DNA of 64,000 nucleotides from Oscillospiraceae bacterium. Lineage in GTDB: Bacteria; Bacillota; Clostridia; Oscillospirales; Ruminococcaceae. The DNA lies in NCBI GenBank assembly GCA_017829005.1, contig JAGAJF010000148.1, forward strand, positions 838 to 64,837, read 5' to 3'. Each line of letters starts with the position of its first letter. Position 1 is the first letter of the stretch. Shown here in pieces: positions 57,150 to 64,000 of this stretch. Made by a program: the position numbers and the translations under genes. Below the pieces are notes generated by a model. That model did not search any database, was not told the DNA's origin, and worked only from the letters and a program-made list of their open reading frames with translations.

Positions 57150-59301
57150 TTTCAAGCTCCGAGGCAATTTTCATTGCCTCCTCATTGACCGCCCTGTAAT
57201 TTTCCAGAAGCTTGTCAATATCTTCGGAAATAGGCTCCCAGTTTCCGTCTTTTGCGGCAAACTCGTGGGTGCGGGCTTCTTCGGAAAGAGCGACAGCGCC
57301 TATGTTCAGAGAGGTGCTTTTTAAGGAGTGGGCAACAATGCGGTAGTTGTCAATATCCTTTTGCTCATAAAAATCACGAAGCTTTTTTATTCTCTCCTCA
57401 AATTCCTCGCAGTAGGTCTGGAGGATAATCATAAAAAGCTCCTCGCTGTCGCCGCAGTAGGTCATTGCAACGCTTTTGTCTATAAGAGCGGCAGGCTTTT
57501 CATCGGCTGTTTTCTTTGTTTCTGCCGTTTTTTCAGAAGCAATATCTTCGTTAGCCTTTTCTTCGGTAATATGTACAAGCTGGGGGGGCAGAAGCTTTAA
57601 GAGCATTTTTTCAAGGCTGTTTCCCGAGATGGGCTTAGGCAGGTAGTCCTCAAAGCCGTATTCCACATACATATCCCTTGCACCGGAAATTGCATTTGCG
57701 GTCAGGGCGACAACGGGCATTCCCAGAGCCAGATTTTCCTCCCGTATCTTTTTCAGGGTCTCCACGCCGTCCATTTCGGGCATCATATGGTCAAGAAGCA
57801 GGACATCATATTTATTTGTTCTGAGCCGATTAAGACATTCAAATCCGTTTGAAGCACAGTCCACCTGTATGCCCGTGGGCTTTAAAAGTCCCTCGGCAAC
57901 GAGAAGATTTGACCTGTTGTCATCGGTAACGAGAACACGTGCTTCGGGAGCGGTGAAGCTCTCGCGATATTTTCTTCGGTCGGAAGTGCATTCGCTGCGG
58001 GTGCAGAATTCGCCCGAAGGCTCGGCACTTATCACCTTCTGAGGGAGCTTTATAATAAATTCCGAACCTTCGCCATAAACGCTTTCCACCTCAATGGTGC
58101 CGTTCATCATAGAAACAAGGCGTGAGGTGATTGAAAGTCCCAGACCCGTATCCTCGATATTTCTGTTTCGTACCTGATCCACACGGGTAAAGCCGCTGAA
58201 AAGCTTTTCCCTGTCCTCTTCCTTAATGCCCCTGCCTGTGTCCTTGACCGAGAGAATGAGCATAATAGTGTCCAAAGAGTGCTTTTCAAAGCCTGCAGTA
58301 AGGGTGACAGAACCCGAGTCGGTGTATTTAACGGCGTTTGTCATAATGTTTGTGAGTATCTGCCTGATACGGACCTCGTCACCGAAAAGACAGCTGGGTA
58401 TTTTGGGGTCGGCGTTTATTTTTAGCTCAAGTCCCTTTTCCTCAAAGCGGCGGTTCAGCATATTAACAGTATCATTTACCACCGAGGCTATCTGATATCT
58501 TACGGGAACTATCTCCATCTTGCCCGACTCTATCTTTGAGAAATCAAGGATATCGTTAATAAGGGACAAAAGGAGCTTTCCCGAGGTCTCCACGTTGCAG
58601 GCGTAATTTATAATGCTTTCGTCCTCGGCTTCACGGAGGATAAGCTCGTTCATTCCAAGAACGGAATTGAGGGGAGTACGTATCTCGTGGGACATATTTG
58701 ACAGAAAGTCCGATTTGCTCTTTGTAGCGGCTCTTGCCTCGTCGCACTTGTCCTCGACAATTTTCAGAAGGTCGTCCAGACTGCGCTCCTGCTCTCTGTT
58801 TCGGCGGTCTCGCAGCTCAACGAATTTGATAACATTCCGACACATCCACTGAATGCCCATAACAGTCAGGGCGCAGGCGATGTATTGAAGGGGGTTTGCC
58901 GCTCTTTGAAATCCAATAACGGAGGGAATGCCAAAAACTATAAAAATGCCTGTCATCAGAATGCTTTGGAACCGCATAAAGCCCGAGTCCATATACATAA
59001 GCATTATTGCGCACTGCAAAGCCATAGTGCAGAAGAATATGGTGGTGCTTTCGAAAATGCATCCCAGCAATACGGCGATAAGCATAAAGGAAACGCTCTG
59101 TAATAACTGATAGGACAGCTTTTTTATCCTTTTCTGGAGAAATACCAGCGTAAGAAATACCCCCAGCAGGAAAAAACCGCTTGCTGTGCGTATGGGGAAG
59201 GAAGCCGACTTCATTACCGACGCCGAGATAATAACTATTATTGCTCCCACAAAGAAGAAAAACAAGCCGTTTTTGCTTCCACGGTTAAAATCCTCATTCA
59301 T
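57142..59301 (-). CDS. Hybrid sensor kinase: multi-TM, HisKA, HATPase, REC, HPt
   Basis: MSHEIRTPL, NAVKYT, DTGRG, LLDHMMPEMDG, AHSLKS; G2 box reads EDTGLGL. Confidence 0.92.
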   Translation of the reverse strand: MNEDFNRGSKNGLFFFFVGAIIVIISASVMKSASFPIRTASGFFLLGVFLTLVFLQKRIKKLSYQLLQSVSFMLIAVLLGCIFESTTIFFCTMALQCAIMLMYMDSGFMRFQSILMTGIFIVFGIPSVIGFQRAANPLQYIACALTVMGIQWMCRNVIKFVELRDRRNREQERSLDDLLKIVEDKCDEARAATKSKSDFLSNMSHEIRTPLNSVLGMNELILREAEDESIINYACNVETSGKLLLSLINDILDFSKIESGKMEIVPVRYQIASVVNDTVNMLNRRFEEKGLELKINADPKIPSCLFGDEVRIRQILTNIMTNAVKYTDSGSVTLTAGFEKHSLDTIMLILSVKDTGRGIKEEDREKLFSGFTRVDQVRNRNIEDTGLGLSITSRLVSMMNGTIEVESVYGEGSEFIIKLPQKVISAEPSGEFCTRSECTSDRRKYRESFTAPEARVLVTDDNRSNLLVAEGLLKPTGIQVDCASNGFECLNRLRTNKYDVLLLDHMMPEMDGVETLKKIREENLALGMPVVALTANAISGARDMYVEYGFEDYLPKPISGNSLEKMLLKLLPPQLVHITEEKANEDIASEKTAETKKTADEKPAALIDKSVAMTYCGDSEELFMIILQTYCEEFEERIKKLRDFYEQKDIDNYRIVAHSLKSTSLNIGAVALSEEARTHEFAAKDGNWEPISEDIDKLLENYRAVNEEAMKIASELETG

Positions 59302-60238
59302 TTATGCCGCCCCCTTCTGTTTCCTTTGGAATTGTTATTCCCTTCGGAACTACAAATTTCAAGCCCTTGCGAATGATCTCTGCTTCAAGGAAGGATATCC
59401 CGCTCTGCAGCTCGCCATCGAAATTCAGCATAAAGGGTGAGCCGTCTGTACGGCGAATGCTGAACCGCTTAAATTCTCCGCAGCGGCATATCTTACGTGT
59501 GTGTTCCAGATCACGCTTGATAAGGGCGCCCATCATTTTTATTTCTTCGGCGGTATTAAGCTTCGGGGCGTTCAGATAGCCGCCTATGCCGTCAAAAACA
59601 TTGTTTGATTCCGAAATATACAGATTGCCGCCGAAGAAGTTGCCGTTTCCGAAGATGGTCTCGGCAGTAATATCCGAGATCATTTTTCCGTCTATCTCAA
59701 TATCGTAGCTTAGCTGCTTTGCAAGGAGTATGGAGTGGATTATGGCTGCATTGTAGGGCAGGCTGTCGTTAAATATCTGCAGGGGGCGGTAATTGTCCGT
59801 AAACATTACCGTATTGGAGTCAAGTCCAAATGATACAGTGTTAAGAGCATAGCCGCAGTTGGTCTTTATGTAGTCCACGTTAATAACATCGCCGTATATC
59901 AGCTCTTCAATGTTTTTAAAACGTTCTGCATCGCTGCCGAACACCTTGAGGAAGTCATTTGTCATTCCGCAGGGGAAAAACGCCACCTCTGCTTCGGAAA
60001 GATCCTCAAAGCCGCATAGCATATTTCGCATAGTTCCCGAGCCGCCGCAGCAGTAAAAGCGCAGCTTCTCCCCCTGGAAAAAATGCAGCACCTTTCCCAC
60101 CAGCGTTTTTTCATAGCCTGCACATCTGGTATTGAACACGTAATAATTCAGTCCGCTTATCCGGCTGAGCCTGTCTCTCAGGTCATCTGCAAGACTATGC
60201 TGACCCGAGTAGGGATTGATTATAAAAATGTGAGTCAC
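59294..60238 (-). CDS. Diacylglycerol-kinase-family (YegS/BmrU-like) protein
   Basis: FIINPYSG, GGSGT (canonical GGDGT), PCGMTNDF, NGNFFGG, NFDGE; overlaps the HK start by 8 nt. Confidence 0.8.
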   Translation of the reverse strand: MTHIFIINPYSGQHSLADDLRDRLSRISGLNYYVFNTRCAGYEKTLVGKVLHFFQGEKLRFYCCGGSGTMRNMLCGFEDLSEAEVAFFPCGMTNDFLKVFGSDAERFKNIEELIYGDVINVDYIKTNCGYALNTVSFGLDSNTVMFTDNYRPLQIFNDSLPYNAAIIHSILLAKQLSYDIEIDGKMISDITAETIFGNGNFFGGNLYISESNNVFDGIGGYLNAPKLNTAEEIKMMGALIKRDLEHTRKICRCGEFKRFSIRRTDGSPFMLNFDGELQSGISFLEAEIIRKGLKFVVPKGITIPKETEGGGINE

Positions 60239-60334
60239 AAGCGATCTCCCCTAAATTTATTTTTGTCCATATTCCGACCGTTTCCGACACCTGTGGCAGA
60301 AACGGGAGAGAGCTATCCTCCCGTTATTTTGCTG

Positions 60335-63199
60335 TCAATCAAGCTCAACGGTCATTATCCTGCCGAGATAGGTGTCAAAGTTTATGCCGTTTTCCGTTGC
60401 GGCAACGTACTGGAGCGTTCTGGGACCAGAGGCACGGACGTAAACGCCGGCTTTTTCATATACCACGTTAAGTCTGCACTTCTTCTTCATAACCTGACCG
60501 ATGGGCAGGGTGTTGGTGACAGCTTCGGCAAGGGGGGTGTAGAATATTTCAAAGGTGTCCTCGTCGGCATCGGTGAAGTTGTACCATACGTTGTAATCAG
60601 GCTTGCCCGCAAGGGTCATAGGCGCATTTTCATCGGACAGGATAGTAAAGCGTCCACGTTTGTTAAAGCCAATAAAATACTTGAATGGAATTTCTTCTTC
60701 CTTTGCGCTGAGAGCCTTGCGCTCGATAACACCGCCCTTGCGGCACATAATGAGACCGAATGCCACACCGGTTTTGCCTGTGGGACGCTCAAGGCTGCCC
60801 CGATTGGGGTCAATGCCCCTGCTTTCCATAAGCACGCACGCCTCCTCCGTACCCAGCGGAGGGTAGAGTATAAATTCAAATTCCCTGTCGGTATGAAGGG
60901 CATTTCTGAGCTTGTCCGCTCCTTCTGCAAATTTCTCCTTGAAAAGCTCGGAAACAAGCTTGTTTTTGCAGGAATTGCCCGCAAGCATAATGTTCACCCT
61001 GTCGGGAACAGAAGCGTTTGCAGCGGTGTAGGCAAGGCTCATAGAGGAGAAGAAATTGTCAATGCCCTTGCTGATATTGTCTCTGATAATGCCGATAAGC
61101 TTTTCAGCGGAGACCTCAAGCTCAAAGCGGGGGATAAGCTCCCCGTTCCTGTCAAAAAGGTCTACGCAGATAACGCCCCTCTGAAATTCCTCTGCATAGC
61201 CTTCCGTATTTTCCCACACGGGACGAAGATGCTCCATCATATGGCGCATATTTGCTTCTGCTTCCTTGGAGCGAGCCACCACAGCCGCAGAGCCTGCAAA
61301 TTCGGGGCAGCGGGGAGGAAGGGTAAAGGTTATGCCCTTTTCGGCGATCTTGTCGTAATTATCGCGGAAAACGGTTACGGAAAGAAGCTCAAGGAGATTT
61401 TCTCCTCCCAGATATCTGTCTCCTCCTGCGCCGTAATTTTCAATTGTATAGTCGAATTTGCGCTTGTCGGAGGTCCTGCACACGCCAAAGTCGAAATCTG
61501 CCGTGCCGCCGCCGAAATCGAATATGCCGTAGTGAAATTCCTCGCCTTCCTCGGGAAATACGCCGTATTCTTTAAGTGCGCATACCGCATAAGCCGCAGG
61601 CTCGCTTACAGAGCCGTCCACGCGGAAATCCGCCATGACCTCCTCATTTTCGAGAATGGAAGGGGGCAGAGACTTCATAAGTCCCCGTTCAAAGGAGGCA
61701 GTTATCCTCTCCCGCACCGATTTTTCAAAGGTAACGGGGAAGGAAAGGTAATAGTCAAGGAAAATCCCGTTTCTCATATTGTTGATATACAGACCGATAT
61801 AGTAAGCATACAGCTCAATGGGGTCAAAATCCGCAGCCTCACCGCTCATATAGGGCGGCAGGAGATATTCTCCCCCCGAGCGGTCGCATATCCTTAGAGG
61901 ATAGCTGCCCTCGCCTGCCCATTGCTTTAGGTCGCAGAAGAAGGAGTAATAATCTCTGCTGGCGCTGTTTTTCATATCGGAGTAGGCAGTGTGGGATATG
62001 GGAAGGTCTTCCCATAAAGTTTCGGGTCTGCCCGTACGGGAATAGTATTTGGAAAGGAATGTGGTCATATCCGCAAATTCCATCACAGTGGGATTTTCGT
62101 AATGCTCCGCCTTGCCTGCGTCAGCAAGTCTGCCTGTGCCTATAGCCATAGGCAGAGTATGCTCGGAGGATTTCTGATATACCACAACGGTGCTTTTTGT
62201 GCCGAAGTCAATGGCGATTATGCCGTCCCTGTCCACATCGGCAAGGGGGTCTCTGGCAATTAGCGGCTCGGATATCTCAATGGCATAAGCAGGGTCGTCC
62301 CCCTCATTGCTCCACAGCTCCCAGTGCCCTCTGTTGGGGTCGGAGAGAAGCTTTTCATCATAGGGGTCGATGTCCGAACGGCGTTTTTCGCAGTTTAAAA
62401 GGCTTATTTTCAGTGCCTTGGAAAAATCCTCGTCAGCCTTTATCCTTGTGACCGCAAGAAGAGTGTCCATTGAGAAGTCAAGCCCGTTCACGCTGCCTGC
62501 GAAGGTGCCTGCGGCAATATCTCCCGAAAGCTTTTCGCAGTCGAAATATATATGCCCCTCGGGAGAGAGACCCATATATCCCCTGTCTGATTTATAAAGC
62601 CTTATAAGGTCGAAAAAGCTGTCCTCCTCGGCAGGAGACAGACCTGTCGGTACAAGCTCCTTGTCGAGAAGCACCATAATAAGCTCCTCGCCTGCAAGAG
62701 GAAGCCCGTTTTTACGGGTAAAGCGCAGGGAGGGGATACATACAGCCTCGTGATGATTTGCGGTATTGAAGCCGTAAACGGTGCCGTCTGAGGTATCGTA
62801 AGCCTTGGTAAGACCGCCGTCCTTGAAAGCGAAAAGCTTTCCCGAGAATTTTGACAGCTTCTCAACACCCGATGCTCTCAGCTCGGGCAGGGTCATAAGG
62901 TTACCCTCAAAGCCCTCAAAGCTTTTTATGAATTTAGTCTCGGCAAAGGAGAAGAAAACGTTCTGCTTTGACGGCTCGAACACATCAAGATCGGGAAATA
63001 TGCCGCTTACGGCGGTATTGAACCACACATTGCGGTTGGATATTTTTACCCACAGTTCTCCCAGAGCAGAGAGAAGCTTTTTTATAAGCGGATCGAAAAG
63101 TCTGACCTGAGCCTCCACGGTCTGGGGAATACGGCTGATCACCGCATTGGCGATATAATCCCTTTCGGTGGGTATCAGGCTTATCTTTTTAGTATCCAC
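60335..63199 (-). CDS. Atypical Hsp70/actin-fold ATPase (954 aa) with about 320-aa unknown N-terminus and no DnaK substrate-binding domain
   Basis: AIDFGTKSTV, SEPAAYA, FDFGGGTADF, GGENL, MLAGNS, KTGVAFG. Confidence 0.75.
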   Translation of the reverse strand: MDTKKISLIPTERDYIANAVISRIPQTVEAQVRLFDPLIKKLLSALGELWVKISNRNVWFNTAVSGIFPDLDVFEPSKQNVFFSFAETKFIKSFEGFEGNLMTLPELRASGVEKLSKFSGKLFAFKDGGLTKAYDTSDGTVYGFNTANHHEAVCIPSLRFTRKNGLPLAGEELIMVLLDKELVPTGLSPAEEDSFFDLIRLYKSDRGYMGLSPEGHIYFDCEKLSGDIAAGTFAGSVNGLDFSMDTLLAVTRIKADEDFSKALKISLLNCEKRRSDIDPYDEKLLSDPNRGHWELWSNEGDDPAYAIEISEPLIARDPLADVDRDGIIAIDFGTKSTVVVYQKSSEHTLPMAIGTGRLADAGKAEHYENPTVMEFADMTTFLSKYYSRTGRPETLWEDLPISHTAYSDMKNSASRDYYSFFCDLKQWAGEGSYPLRICDRSGGEYLLPPYMSGEAADFDPIELYAYYIGLYINNMRNGIFLDYYLSFPVTFEKSVRERITASFERGLMKSLPPSILENEEVMADFRVDGSVSEPAAYAVCALKEYGVFPEEGEEFHYGIFDFGGGTADFDFGVCRTSDKRKFDYTIENYGAGGDRYLGGENLLELLSVTVFRDNYDKIAEKGITFTLPPRCPEFAGSAAVVARSKEAEANMRHMMEHLRPVWENTEGYAEEFQRGVICVDLFDRNGELIPRFELEVSAEKLIGIIRDNISKGIDNFFSSMSLAYTAANASVPDRVNIMLAGNSCKNKLVSELFKEKFAEGADKLRNALHTDREFEFILYPPLGTEEACVLMESRGIDPNRGSLERPTGKTGVAFGLIMCRKGGVIERKALSAKEEEIPFKYFIGFNKRGRFTILSDENAPMTLAGKPDYNVWYNFTDADEDTFEIFYTPLAEAVTNTLPIGQVMKKKCRLNVVYEKAGVYVRASGPRTLQYVAATENGINFDTYLGRIMTVELD

Positions 63200-63217
63200 G
63201 GTAATTCACGCCTTTCG

Positions 63218-63928
63218 TTATAGGGTAACAACAGCTTTTCTGATGACCTTGCCGTTTGCGGCGGCGATACAGCCCTGGAGCAGAACGGTCTTTATCCTGC
63301 CCTGCCTGGCGGTCCCCAGGTTGTGATGAAGCTCTTCGTTAAATTCATCTCCCGACTTTACCTCGGTGAGCTTGTATACGGGACGGGTAAAGGTGGAATT
63401 GTAGCAGGAGAGCAGATATGCATACAGCTCGCAGAGAACGGCAATGTCCGCCTTCGACTCCTCGTATCTGTTTATGGCAAGCTGCTCGGTATAGTCTCTG
63501 AGGCTCTTTAAATTCTCGGGGAGAATGCCGCAGAGGAATATTCCGCTCAGGGTGTTATTTTTAAATATGCCGCTCATTACCCGTGCGGAGCTTTCGGATA
63601 GGGTCTTGTATTTTTCATAAAGGGATATCTGCATAGCGTAGGAGCTGCAATAGCTGTTAAGGGTCTCCTTGCAGCGCTTGAGCTGGGAGGTAAGCTCGGC
63701 GTTTTCGGTCCGGAGCCTGCCGGTTTCAAGCTCTAAAAGGGCAATTTTTCGGGAGAGAGAGGCATTTTCCGCACTGAGAGCGGTGGTATCCGACCCGGGG
63801 AAAAGCTCGGTCTGACCCTCAAGCCTGTCCTCCTCAGCCTTTCCGGCGATAAGCTCCACAAGCTCCGCCTTTATCCTTTCGTCGCAAAGGGCTTCGGTAA
63901 ATATTTCGTATAGCTTCTGCGGTTTCAT
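63218..63928 (-). CDS. Coiled-coil protein with a GrpE-like C-terminal domain
   Basis: Heptads ENASLSRKIALLELETGRLRTENAELTSQL; GDEFNEELH..GRIKTVLLQG..KVIRKAVV. Confidence 0.6.
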   Translation of the reverse strand: MKPQKLYEIFTEALCDERIKAELVELIAGKAEEDRLEGQTELFPGSDTTALSAENASLSRKIALLELETGRLRTENAELTSQLKRCKETLNSYCSSYAMQISLYEKYKTLSESSARVMSGIFKNNTLSGIFLCGILPENLKSLRDYTEQLAINRYEESKADIAVLCELYAYLLSCYNSTFTRPVYKLTEVKSGDEFNEELHHNLGTARQGRIKTVLLQGCIAAANGKVIRKAVVTL

Positions 63929-63946
63929 AGCAGTATGTTCTCCTGT

Positions 63947-64000
63947 TTATTTAAATTGATTGGTTTCCTTGTCATATTCGTATCCCACAGCCCTCAGTCT
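63947..64000 (-). CDS. C-terminal end of the upstream gene of the same operon (truncated by window)
   Basis: RLRAVGYEYDKETNQFK*, stop 19 nt before the next ATG, followed by an AGGAG SD. Confidence 0.6.
   Translation of the reverse strand, partial: RLRAVGYEYDKETNQFK

Noticed and set aside
60083-61897. 604-aa plus-strand ORF antisense to the Hsp70-like gene (also long shadows at 40644-41783 and 27278-28375)
   Set aside because: No SD, motifs or protein-like composition. Long antisense ORFs recur opposite many genes here, consistent with codon bias suppressing reverse-frame stops.

Overview
Chromosomal core region of a spore-forming gut Clostridia bacterium. Gene content is most like Oscillospiraceae/Ruminococcaceae; this is inferred from gene content, not from a search. 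Core genes, left to right: two convergent membrane Ser/Thr kinases with extracellular LRR domains, a long-form rsgA, a TIGR01212 radical SAM gene, an ECF sigma/anti-sigma pair, HD-GYP, abrB, spmAB, tRNA-Lys(UUU), galE, a CarD-like gene, bile salt hydrolase, putP, spoVB-like flippase, nifS-nifU, PPi-type pfk, an ArgR-boxed argG-H-C-J-B-D-F cluster, a CE2-like esterase, glyQS, gatCAB, a cobalamin riboswitch-cbiK-ABC operon, GNAT/DUF1015, a hybrid histidine kinase with a lipid-kinase-like partner, and an atypical Hsp70-fold/GrpE-like operon that runs off the right edge. There is no prophage, ICE, intact transposase or CRISPR array. The core is peppered with small conflict or accessory modules: a frameshifted JAB-like gene, an AHH toxin remnant plus immunity gene, an orphan SUKH-3, HicAB inside the arg operon, an Rpn gene with a stand-alone duplicate of its C-terminus, and an unannotated type I toxin-antitoxin locus. 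Strongest second-look items: (1) the GrpE-like/Hsp70-NBD operon; (2) Rpn with internal and extra antitoxin-like tails; (3) a two-uORF (IxEAA) attenuator in front of rsgA; (4) a family of AAAGAAT-based inverted arms that are empty at two sites and enclose a whole foreign gene inside the B12 operon; (5) a dispersed 67-bp CAGGCTCAGCCTG palindromic element that supplies stop codons to host genes. Coordinates were counted by hand; family names are from motif recognition, not database searches.
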